Of a stretch of DNA of 64,000 nt, positions 45,571 to 53,552 are shown piece by piece. The notes under the pieces were generated by a model that made no database searches, had not been told where the DNA came from, and saw nothing but the letters and a program-made list of their open reading frames with translations. Made by a program: the position numbers and the translations under genes. Numbering within the stretch: the stretch's first letter is position 1; every line of letters begins with the position of its first letter. This DNA comes from Dehalococcoidia bacterium (GTDB lineage Bacteria; Chloroflexota; Dehalococcoidia; SHYD01). Location: NCBI GenBank assembly GCA_009692945.1, contig SHYD01000003.1, positions 15,459 to 79,458 on the forward strand, in the 5' to 3' direction.

Positions 45571-45729
45571 GGTAGGAGTTCACTGTTGAGGGGGCGGCCG
45601 GGCTCAGGAGTGGGAGTGCACGAGGACGGCAGCCCTCTGCCGGGGGAATGGGGGTGCCCCTCACCGAGAATGCTCCTCTTTTTCCCGGGTTGGGGGGAGT
45701 GGCTCATATCGCTCGAACCCCTGACACTG
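45571..45729 (-). repeat. Interspersed ~160-bp repeat, full-length copy
   Basis: GGTAGGAGTTCACTGTTGAGGGG...GAGGACGGCAGCCCTCTGCCGGGGG...GAGTGGCTCATATCGCTCGAACCCCTGACACTG. Confidence 0.85.
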
Positions 45730-45849
45730 CTGCGGGAAGGCACCCTTTTCATGACCCGGTGGTGTCCCCATGGTCATGGGCGTCTGAATAGATACCCTGG
45801 CTGCGTGGATGTGCTGTCCTTGGCGGAATTTGGTACGTGAGGTGATGCG

Positions 45850-46716
45850 ATGAAGATCGGAATCGGGCTGCCCTCAGGCCTCCCGGATGTCAGTGGGAAG
45901 CTCATATTAGACTGGGCGCGCCAGGCCGACGCGGGGCCCTTCTCCACCTTGGGTGTCATCGACCGCATCGTGTATCCCAACTACGAGCCGATGGTCACCA
46001 TGGCCGCCGCTGCCGCGGTCACAAGCCGGATCCGGTTCATGTCGGTCATCCTCATTGCGACGCTGCGGAACGCCGGCGTGCTGGCCAAAGAGGCGGCGAG
46101 CATCGATGCGCTGTCTGGCGGCCGCCTGACCCTCGGCCTCGCAGTTGGCCGGCGCCGCGACGACTTCCTGGCGGCGCCCGCAGAGATGAAGGGCCGCGGC
46201 AAGCATTTCGAGGACCAGCTTGCTCTGATGCGGCGGGTGTGGTCCGGCGAGCCGTTGTCGGAAGGGGTCGGCCCCGTGGGGCCGCCGCCGATCCAACCCG
46301 GCGGACCTCCCGTCTACATCGGTGGCACGGCCCCTGAGGCGCTGGAGCGGGCCGGGCGGCTGGCCGACGGTCTCATCGCCGGCGGTGGACGCGGTGCGCC
46401 GGGCATCGCCGAGCACTATGGGATCGTTCAACAGGCCTGGAAGGCGGCGGGCAAAACGGGCAAGCCCGGGCTCTCCGCCATCAAGTACTTCGGGCTGGGT
46501 CCCAACGCCCTCGAAAGGGGCGCCCCGGCGATACGACGCTATTATTCCAACGCGGGGATGGACCCGGAGGCAGCGATCCGGAGCGTTGCCTTCACGCCCG
46601 AAGAGGTCAGAACGGTGATGAAGGAATACGCAGCGGTGGGGATGGACGAACTGATCATGCTGCCCGCCATCCCGGACCTGGACCAGATCAGCCGGCTGGC
46701 GGACCTGGTGGGGTGA
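45850..46716 (+). CDS. LLM-class (probably F420-dependent) oxidoreductase
   Basis: MKIGIGLP...GPFSTLGVIDRIVYPNYEPMVTMAAAAAVTSRIRFMSVILIATLRN...SGGRLTLGLAVG. Confidence 0.8.
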   Translation: MKIGIGLPSGLPDVSGKLILDWARQADAGPFSTLGVIDRIVYPNYEPMVTMAAAAAVTSRIRFMSVILIATLRNAGVLAKEAASIDALSGGRLTLGLAVGRRRDDFLAAPAEMKGRGKHFEDQLALMRRVWSGEPLSEGVGPVGPPPIQPGGPPVYIGGTAPEALERAGRLADGLIAGGGRGAPGIAEHYGIVQQAWKAAGKTGKPGLSAIKYFGLGPNALERGAPAIRRYYSNAGMDPEAAIRSVAFTPEEVRTVMKEYAAVGMDELIMLPAIPDLDQISRLADLVG

Positions 46717-46749
46717 CACCGGCAGCCAGGACTGCTGCTTTCGGCGCGT

Positions 46750-47063
46750 TTGAAGCAGGCGTGCAGAGGGCGGCGACCCTTGCCGGGGGTTTTGGGGGGT
46801 GTCCCCATAGGAGTGGGCACCTTTTGAATTCGTGCCTGGATGAGGGCTTTGGGGCGGGGGTGTGCAGAGGGGGCGGAGCCCCTTCTGCCGGGGTGTGGGG
46901 TGTCCCCACACACAAACGAAATGGGCGGGTGGGCGGGAAGTACTGCCTTGGAGGTTGTCCGAGGAGAAACCCGCCCACTCCTAAGGGGTAGCCCCCACAT
47001 AGAATTCTCCTCTTTTTTCCTGGGTTGGAGGGAGTGGCTCATACCCCCGAACCGCTGACACTG
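46750..47063 (-). repeat. Composite of three degenerate repeat cores in tandem
   Basis: Cores at about 46757-46815, 46850-46915 and 46985-47063. The last carries the intact 5' terminus ...GAGTGGCTCATACCCCCGAACCGCTGACACTG. Confidence 0.7.
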
Positions 47064-47168
47064 AAAAGATACCAAGAGTGCCGATGTTGGCAGCTCTTTG
47101 CCGGACTCGGCTATCATTGATTTATGGGTTGATGATCGAGCCTGGCTGAGGGCACAGAGGAGGTTGGG

Positions 47169-47645
47169 TTGTCCGAAATCATGCAGAGCAGAATGCCTTG
47201 GTTCATCGCTGGGCCGGTCATCGGTCTGTGCGTGGTGGCGTTGTATGCATTGGCCAACCAGCGCCTGGGCGTGACGGGTTCCTATGTACAGGTGGCAAGG
47301 GCCGCCATCGGCGGGCGGGTCGACGAGAAGTGGCGCCTCTGGTTCTTCGCGGGGCTTGGCGGTGGAGCGCTGCTGCTCGCGGTGCTGCGGGGCGGGCCGT
47401 CACCGTCGCTGGCGTACGGAGCGCTCGGAATCCTATTGCCGTTGGGCGTGCTGATCCCGGTGCTGTTCGGCGCCGGGGTGTTGATGGGGTTTGGCGCCCG
47501 CTGGAGCGGAGGCTGCACCTCCGGTCACGGCATCTCGGGGAACTCCTCGTTCTCACCGGCCAGCTTTGTCGCGACGGGAACATTCATGGCCACGGCGGTG
47601 GGGTTGACCCTGTTGCTGCACTGGATCACGGGAGGAACGCTATGA
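47169..47645 (+). CDS. YeeE/YedE family sulfur-transport membrane protein
   Basis: TTG after GAGGAGG. Motif GARWSGGCTSGHGISG. Confidence 0.8.
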   Translation: MSEIMQSRMPWFIAGPVIGLCVVALYALANQRLGVTGSYVQVARAAIGGRVDEKWRLWFFAGLGGGALLLAVLRGGPSPSLAYGALGILLPLGVLIPVLFGAGVLMGFGARWSGGCTSGHGISGNSSFSPASFVATGTFMATAVGLTLLLHWITGGTL

Positions 47646-48151
47646 GGCTGGCGCCGCTGGCGGTGGGGGGCGTGTTCGGGTTCGTGCTGGCTGCGGCCAA
47701 CCTCAGCGACTACACCGTGATCCACGACATGCTGTTGCTGCGGGAGTTCGATGTGTTTTTCCTGATGGGTTCCGCCATCGGCGTGGCCGCTCCACTGCTG
47801 TGGTGGATGGAGCGCCGGCATTGGCGCTCCATGGTGGGGAGCGAGCTGGTGGTCCAGAAAGAGCCCGCGGGTCGTTCCACGGTGGCGGGCGCGGCGCTGT
47901 TTGGCGCGGGGTGGGCCATCGCGGGCACCTGTCCCGGTCCGGCGCTGGTCATGACGGCCGGTGGCAGCCTATTGGGGCTGGTGGTGATGGCTGGGCTGGC
48001 GGTGGGCGCCACCCTGAGGGACCGGGTGACGGGAGTTACCGGTGGTGAGCGGGAGGGGGCGGTCACGCGTGACACACGCGTGAGGGTGTCCGCCAAGAGG
48101 GAGTACCTGACCTCACCAGTTGGGCGGGCGGATGTTACTGAGGCATCCTGA
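47642..48151 (+). CDS. YeeE/YedE-like membrane protein (second half-transporter)
   Basis: ATGA overlap with the upstream gene. Motif GAGWAIAGTCPGPALV. The gene lies inside the longer mis-framed track ORF 47198..48151. Confidence 0.75.
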   Translation: MRLAPLAVGGVFGFVLAAANLSDYTVIHDMLLLREFDVFFLMGSAIGVAAPLLWWMERRHWRSMVGSELVVQKEPAGRSTVAGAALFGAGWAIAGTCPGPALVMTAGGSLLGLVVMAGLAVGATLRDRVTGVTGGEREGAVTRDTRVRVSAKREYLTSPVGRADVTEAS

Positions 48152-48205
48152 CTTTCGCCTCCCACTCCTCCGTGGAATACCCGTGGTCAAACTCCCAAAG
48201 CAGCT

Positions 48206-48964
48206 TTATCCCCACCATATCGTGGGTGCGTCCACCACGATACCGGCGTCGCGCAGGTCTGCCAGGAAGTCGGCGAGCTTCCCGCTTTCGGGCGGCAAAC
48301 GCAGATGGTCTTCGAAACGGTCGTCTTCATGAACGAATTCTATCGTTAACCAGAGCGCCGCTTTGCTGTCGCTCGTGCTTGGCTCGATCGACACGGATCG
48401 GATCGTGCCAAGCACGGACGTCTCCTTCGTTGCCCAGCGCGGCCCGTAATTAACCCGGCTACCAGGGGACCGGATGCCTCGCACCCGGTCATAGTTGACA
48501 ACGAACGTGAACTCCGCGGTGATCTGTCCAGGAGTTAGGACTTGGATCGCGGATGCCTTCAAGAAACGGGCGAGGTCAGTGTCCCTCAAGTCACGATCCC
48601 CGGTGATCAGTGTGTCTGCGTCGCTTGCGATTGCGGTTTCGAGCACCACATCATCTTTGGGGTCTCGGCAGAGGTGGATCAACCCGGGAGTTGGGAAGAT
48701 GGCTGCGGACCGCTGCACTCGCGTCACGAAACCGTGGATTTCCGCAAGCGTCAGGCGGGACCGCACCCGAATCTTGGGGCGAAGCAGCACGTCTTCCAAC
48801 TCGGCCAACAGGGGCTTGCTGGCAACGATTTCGATTTGCCCCAATCCCCAGTAGTGTATGAGGCGGGCAGGCGGGCCGTTGCGATTCAGGAGCGCAGCGA
48901 CCCAGACGTTGGTGTCAACGACGGCTCGCCGCACTCTTCCGAACCTCCTGGACCGCCTGGGCAA
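48206..48964 (-). CDS. PIN-domain toxin (TIGR00305-like) fused to a ~105-aa C-terminal extension of unknown function
   Basis: AVVDTNVWVAALL...LLAELEDVL...DPKDDVVLETAIASDADTLITGDRDL, then an uninterrupted extra ~105 aa. GC is only about 55-60%. Confidence 0.8.
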   Translation of the reverse strand: MPRRSRRFGRVRRAVVDTNVWVAALLNRNGPPARLIHYWGLGQIEIVASKPLLAELEDVLLRPKIRVRSRLTLAEIHGFVTRVQRSAAIFPTPGLIHLCRDPKDDVVLETAIASDADTLITGDRDLRDTDLARFLKASAIQVLTPGQITAEFTFVVNYDRVRGIRSPGSRVNYGPRWATKETSVLGTIRSVSIEPSTSDSKAALWLTIEFVHEDDRFEDHLRLPPESGKLADFLADLRDAGIVVDAPTIWWG

Positions 48965-49193
48965 TCTCAGTCGTCAACTCTTCAGTGGAATCAACAGACG
49001 GGATTCGACTTTGAATCCGTTCCATAAAATCCACAAGCCTCTGCTTCCAAGGTCCATCCTTAGCCAGGCGAACCGCCAGGTAGCTGTCCACAGCTTTTCG
49101 GACCACCTCCGAAGTGGAGCAGCGGTCTTGCGTGGCAAGCAGCTTCAAGGCTTGAATCTGATCGTCATCCAGGTAGATATTGGTGCGGTTCAT
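48915..49193 (-). CDS. Ribbon-helix-helix (CopG/Arc/MetJ-type) antitoxin
   Basis: ORF trimmed to the ATG at 49193 after AAGGAGG. Begins MNRTNIYLDDDQIQALKLLATQDRCSTSEVVRKAVDSYL. Overlaps the PIN gene by 50 nt. Confidence 0.75.
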   Translation of the reverse strand: MNRTNIYLDDDQIQALKLLATQDRCSTSEVVRKAVDSYLAVRLAKDGPWKQRLVDFMERIQSRIPSVDSTEELTTEIAQAVQEVRKSAASRR

Positions 49194-49207
49194 TAGTGTA
49201 CCTCCTT

Positions 49208-49241
49208 GCGGAGAGTATACATCATGATGTATACTCTCCGC
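49208..49241. promoter_or_regulatory. Perfect 34-bp palindrome (candidate TA operator and/or terminator of the upstream mutase gene)
   Basis: GCGGAGAGTATACATCA|TGATGTATACTCTCCGC. It lies 15 nt upstream of the antitoxin ATG and 2 nt after the mutase stop, and contains the -10-like TATACT. Confidence 0.6.
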
Positions 49242-49243
49242 CA

Positions 49244-50899
49244 TCACACCACCACGACCTCGCGCATCTCGCCCCAGGCCTCGCGCAGCACGTCGCAGAT
49301 CTCGCCGATGGTGCAGTAGGCTTCGACGCACTCCACAAACACCGGCATGGTGTTTTTGGAGGAGCGGGCCGCTGTGCCCAGTTTCCGCAGCGCCAGACCT
49401 GCCGCCCGCTGGTCGCGCTCGGCACGCACCGCTTTCGTGCGGGCCCGCTGCCGCTCGACCCAGGCGGGGTCGACCCGGAACAGCTTTTCCAGCGGCCGGG
49501 GAGCCGCGGTGAACTTGTTGACCCCCACGATGGCCTGGTCACCCCGCTCGACCTCCATCTGGAAGCGATACGAGGCCTCCTGGACCTCCCGCTGCACGTA
49601 GCCTGACTGGATGGCCGCCACCGCGCCGCCGAGCCGGTCGATCTCGTCGATGTAACCGCGGGCCTTCTCCTCCAGCGTGTTGGTCAAAGACTCGACGTAA
49701 TACGATCCACCCATGGGGTCGGCCACATCTCCGGCGCCGCTCTCGTAGGCGATGAGTTGCTGGGTGCGCAGCGCGATCTGCACCGCCTCCTCCGAGGGCA
49801 GCGCCAGGGCCTCGTCCCAGGAGTTGGTGTGGAGCGATTGGGTGCCACCCAGCACGGCGGCCAGCGCCTGGAGCGCGGTCCGCACGATGTTGTTCATCGG
49901 CTGCTGGGCGGTGAGGCTGACGCCGGCGGTCTGGGTGTGGAAACGCAGCATGGCCGACCGGGGGTTCTTGGCGTGGAAGCGGTCCCGCACGATGCCGGCC
50001 CAGAGACGGCGGGCCGCTCGGAACTTGGCCACTTCCTCGAAGAAGTTGTTCTGGGAGACGAAGAAGAACGATAGCCTCCCGGCGAAATCGTCGATGTCGA
50101 GCCCGGCAGCCAGCGCCGCTTCGACATAGGCGATGGCGTTGGCCAGCGTGAAACCGATCTCCTGGGCGGCGGTGCACCCCGCCTCCCGCATGTGGTAGCC
50201 GCTGATGCTGATGGTGTTCCAGGAAGCCACCTGGGTGCCGCAGAACTGAAAGATATCGGTGATCAGCCGCATCGAAGGCTGCGGCGGGTAGATGTAGGTG
50301 CCGCGCGCGATGTATTCCTTCAGGATGTCGTTCTGGATCGTCCCATCCAGTTTGTTCAGGTCGGCGCCCTGGCGTTTGGCCAGCGCCAGGTAGAACGCCA
50401 GCAGCACCGGGGCGGTGGCGTTGATGGTCATTGAGGTCGAGACTTTGCTCAGCGAGATGCCATCGAACAGGATCTCCATGTCCCGCAGGCTGTCGATGGG
50501 GACCCCCACCTGGCCCACCTCCGCCTCCGCCATGGGGTGGTCGGAGTCGTAGCCGGTCTGGGTGGGGAGGTCGAATGCGACCGAGAGTCCGGTCTGCCCC
50601 TGCTCCAGCAGGTAGCGGTAGCGCTTGTTCGATTCCTCGGCTGACGAGAAGCCGGCGTACTGGCGCATGGTCCAGAACCGGCCGCGGTACATCGTCGGCT
50701 GCACCCCCCGCGTATAGGGGAATTCGCCGGGATAGCCCAGGTCGTCCGGGTAGGCGAGTCCGGCGTTGTCCTCGGGCGCATAGAGCGGCTGCAGCGGGAT
50801 GTCCGAGGAGGTGTGGAAGTCCGGCCGGCGCTCAGGGAAACGCTTGACGGCGGGGTCGTAGGTCCGTTCGTTCCATTCCTGCTTGTTCTGGCTCGGCAT
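49244..50899 (-). CDS. Methylmalonyl-CoA mutase family, catalytic (N-terminal, TIM-barrel) subunit without the B12-binding domain
   Basis: [55 protein letters not shown]. At 551 aa it ends before any DxHxxG B12 domain. Confidence 0.9.
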   Translation of the reverse strand: MPSQNKQEWNERTYDPAVKRFPERRPDFHTSSDIPLQPLYAPEDNAGLAYPDDLGYPGEFPYTRGVQPTMYRGRFWTMRQYAGFSSAEESNKRYRYLLEQGQTGLSVAFDLPTQTGYDSDHPMAEAEVGQVGVPIDSLRDMEILFDGISLSKVSTSMTINATAPVLLAFYLALAKRQGADLNKLDGTIQNDILKEYIARGTYIYPPQPSMRLITDIFQFCGTQVASWNTISISGYHMREAGCTAAQEIGFTLANAIAYVEAALAAGLDIDDFAGRLSFFFVSQNNFFEEVAKFRAARRLWAGIVRDRFHAKNPRSAMLRFHTQTAGVSLTAQQPMNNIVRTALQALAAVLGGTQSLHTNSWDEALALPSEEAVQIALRTQQLIAYESGAGDVADPMGGSYYVESLTNTLEEKARGYIDEIDRLGGAVAAIQSGYVQREVQEASYRFQMEVERGDQAIVGVNKFTAAPRPLEKLFRVDPAWVERQRARTKAVRAERDQRAAGLALRKLGTAARSSKNTMPVFVECVEAYCTIGEICDVLREAWGEMREVVVV

Positions 50900-51005
50900 G
50901 GCATGCCTCTTGGTCTGCGAGGTGGAAGGGAAGAGGCCAGCGTGCGCCAGCCCCCCCTCCGATCATACGGAGGGGGAGTGGGAGCGTCAACGCGTGCGTG
51001 GGCGA

Positions 51006-51160
51006 GTAAGAGTTCACGATTGAGGGTACCATCGGGCTCAGGAGCGGGAGTGCACGAGGGCGGCAGCCCTCTGCCGGGGGTGTGGGGGTGGCCCCCACAG
51101 AGAATTCTCCTCTTTTTATGGGGTGGGGGGCATGGTTCATGCGGCCGGCCCCTGATTCTG
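51006..51160 (-). repeat. Interspersed ~160-bp repeat, full-length copy (an extra core fragment follows at ~51165-51200)
   Basis: GTAAGAGTTCACGATTGAGGG...GAGGGCGGCAGCCCTCTGCCGGGGGTGTGGGGGTGGCCCCCACAGAGAATTCTCCTCTTTTTATGGGG...CCTGATTCTG. Confidence 0.8.
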
Positions 51161-51301
51161 AACTCATACGTGCGTGAGGGCGGAAGCCCTCCCATACTCT
51201 GAGAGGGCAATCTTCGACTGACGGCGTCTGCCATCATGCAATCTGAAGACCGATCTCGAACCCACCGGCGTAACCGTCGCCTTCTTTCGTCACCGCCACC
51301 G

Positions 51302-52042
51302 TCAGTTGATTGTCGGTCTGGCGGAAAATTCCGTCCCGGGGTTTCTCACATTGCGTTTGCCTCGCGGCGCGTAGGGCGGCAGCAGGTGGACCTGGTCGGA
51401 CACGGCGTCGTCGAAGAAAAGCTGTGATGTAAAATCGAACGTTCGCTGGGAACCGGCGCCGGTCCGTATCTTGAAGTGAATATGCACCGCCCGTCCTGGA
51501 TACCAGCCGGGGTAGATCGTGGTGAAATGTGCCTTCCCCGACCCGTCGGTGAACTGATGGCCTCGTAAGAACTTCTTGCCGGCGGAGTTGGTGCCGGCAT
51601 CGCGGACGTCCGAATAGACCCCGAGCGCCTCACACTGCCACAGGTCCACCTGGGCCCCGGCCAGGGGACTGCAGGCTGCGCCGCGGATTCGGCCGACCGC
51701 AAACGTCAACTTGATCGGTGCGCCTATGCTCACCGATCCATCCACGGGATCCGATCTGATGTCCGACCGGTTGAGCATTTTATCGACAAAGAAAGGCCCT
51801 TCCGCCAGCACCGGCCGGACAATGCAAGAGGGCGCCGATGAGGCCGCTGCCGCAGGGTTGGCTGTTGCCGTTGGAGGGGCGATCGGGCTGGGAGCAATGC
51901 CCGCCGGGAGGGGCGGACTGGCGGATTCAGCGTTGCATGCGGTCGTGAAGAGAACGGCGGCCGGCCCCAGGAGCGCCAGCAACTCTCTCCGATTCAGCAT
52001 CCGGCCCACCGGCCGGTCATCACCGTTTCCCATGACGGCCAC
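51302..52042 (-). CDS. Intradiol ring-cleavage dioxygenase family protein with a Tat-like signal
   Basis: RRELLALLGPAAVLF (twin-arginine) and YPGWYPGRAVHIHFKI. The start is uncertain: GTG 52042, ATG 52033 or ATG 52000. Confidence 0.8.
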   Translation of the reverse strand: MAVMGNGDDRPVGRMLNRRELLALLGPAAVLFTTACNAESASPPLPAGIAPSPIAPPTATANPAAAASSAPSCIVRPVLAEGPFFVDKMLNRSDIRSDPVDGSVSIGAPIKLTFAVGRIRGAACSPLAGAQVDLWQCEALGVYSDVRDAGTNSAGKKFLRGHQFTDGSGKAHFTTIYPGWYPGRAVHIHFKIRTGAGSQRTFDFTSQLFFDDAVSDQVHLLPPYAPRGKRNVRNPGTEFSARPTIN

Positions 52043-52082
52043 CCCTTATCGAAGACGCTGGCCGCCGATCTCGCTGGACGCC

Positions 52083-52874
52083 TTACAACTTCCCCGAGAG
52101 CGAGAGTGATTCCTTCATGCGGTCGGCCAGCGGGCCGGATCCGTCCTCGAACCCGAGCAGCAGTTCGATGCGGCTGGGGGAGCAGGCCCAGACCTGCACC
52201 GGCGGCGCGGTGGCCGCGGCCCCCCGCATCGCGGCCTCCATCGCCTGCATCATCAGCAGCGCGGTGTCGGGCATGGGCGTCTGGGGCGAATGGGGTTTGG
52301 GTTGGAGCGCGCTCAGCGCCCCGGCGAACCGCTCGGCCGCGGTGCCGGCGGCGCTCCAGCCGTGCTCGGTGGCGTGGATCGGCGCGCTGTGGCGCGGGAA
52401 ATTCAGGATGACGGGCTGCTGCTCATTGATGTAGCCCGCCAACAACACCTCGGAGGTGACGTTGAGGGGTGTCTCTGGGGCACGCGACTGCCGGATGCGG
52501 GCGAGGTTGTTGCCGTTGAGCATCGAGAGCCGGTCGGCGAAGTTATCGGTCCACCAGCCGCGGTCGGTGCTCCCCGGCGTCAGTTGCCGGGTGTCCAGCC
52601 GGTCGAAGGCCTGGAGCGATTCGATCCACGCGCGCAGGTCCTTGATGATCCGAACGTCGCCGTTGCCGCCCCACATCACGTTCACGTCGCACAGGCGCTG
52701 CAGCTTCGAGGCTTCATAGGCGCCCAGCGGGTCGGCGGCGTAGGAATCCGATGCGATGAGGATGTGGCCCCGGCAGCGCATCGCGGCGATGAGGCTCATG
52801 GCGTTCTCCCAGGCGGTTTGCCTCGAAATGATAGCATGGCGGGCGGCGGTTGCATCAGCGATGGCCCGCTCCAT
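52083..52874 (-). CDS. Hypothetical protein with HslV/proteasome-beta-like (Ntn hydrolase) sequence features
   Basis: From Met26 (ATG at 52799, GGGAGAA upstream) it reads M-SLIAAMRCRGHILIASDS...ASKLQRL...GGNGD...VLLAGY...AAGTAAERFA. This parallels HslV TTIVSVRRNGHVVIAGDG...KKVRRL... By-eye alignment only. Confidence 0.5.
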   Translation of the reverse strand: MERAIADATAARHAIISRQTAWENAMSLIAAMRCRGHILIASDSYAADPLGAYEASKLQRLCDVNVMWGGNGDVRIIKDLRAWIESLQAFDRLDTRQLTPGSTDRGWWTDNFADRLSMLNGNNLARIRQSRAPETPLNVTSEVLLAGYINEQQPVILNFPRHSAPIHATEHGWSAAGTAAERFAGALSALQPKPHSPQTPMPDTALLMMQAMEAAMRGAAATAPPVQVWACSPSRIELLLGFEDGSGPLADRMKESLSLSGKL

Positions 52875-52966
52875 CCTTTACAACACCCTCGGATGCGGCG
52901 GGGCAGGGCCTACTTCGCCATCCCTAAAGAGTTGCCAACCTCTTGGCAACCCTACACGGCCGACTT

Positions 52967-53019
52967 CGTGCACTCCCACTCCCGAGCTCGGCCGCCCCTC
53001 AACAGTGAATTCTGGCGGG
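52967..53019 (+). repeat. Interspersed repeat, solo 3' part
   Basis: CGTGCACTCCCACTCCCGAGCTCGGCCGCCCCTCAACAGTGAATTCTGGCGGG. Confidence 0.75.
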
Positions 53020-53112
53020 AGCTGCCGGTAGCTTGCGGACGGCAACGGTACCCGCTAAGCTAGGGGCGTTTTCCGGGTAGCACGCTGCCCGATCGCGTGA
53101 AAGGGAGCCACG

Positions 53113-53508
53113 ATGACCAGCACAACACGGAAGCTCGAAGTCCTGGAGGTGCCAGGGGTGGCCCACGGCGTCACTCCGATCCCGATGGCCGTGAAGATCG
53201 GGAACTGCATCATGACTTCGGGCATCGAACCGGTGGACTTGGAGACGGGGAAGCTGGGGGCCACTCCGGAGCGGCAGGCCGAATGGACCTTCGCCCACAT
53301 GAAGACGATCCTAACGCAAGGCGGGGCCACGCTGGACAACGTCGCCATGGTGACGGTCTATCTCCAGCTTCCGGAGTACTACGTACACTTCGAGCGCAAA
53401 TGGCTGGAGACGTTTCCGGATCCCCACAACCGGCCCGCCTGCCGGATCTTCGTCACACCGGAACCCCCGTCGTTATTCGTCCAGGTGCAAATGATCGCCG
53501 TCCTGTAG
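53113..53508 (+). CDS. RidA/YjgF family protein
   Basis: 131 aa, ...AEWTFAHMKTILTQGGATLDNVAMVTVYL... Confidence 0.8.
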   Translation: MTSTTRKLEVLEVPGVAHGVTPIPMAVKIGNCIMTSGIEPVDLETGKLGATPERQAEWTFAHMKTILTQGGATLDNVAMVTVYLQLPEYYVHFERKWLETFPDPHNRPACRIFVTPEPPSLFVQVQMIAVL

Positions 53509-53552
53509 CTGCCGCGACCGATAACCAACTCCTTTCTGGCGCGAGGTTTTGA

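Noticed and set aside
45525-45752. Short ORFs encoded inside the repeat copies (also 40194-40379, 46542-47117, 50832-51167, 55224-55529), suggesting a conserved peptide MSHSP.PGKK...
   Set aside because: Indels between copies change the reading frame after about 12 codons, and the stop positions differ. Conservation is at the nucleotide and structure level, not the protein level.
46750-47063. Possible CRISPR array, because similar GC-rich units recur closely
   Set aside because: The units are degenerate, of unequal length and irregularly spaced. They are homologous to the dispersed repeat family, and no cas genes are in the window.
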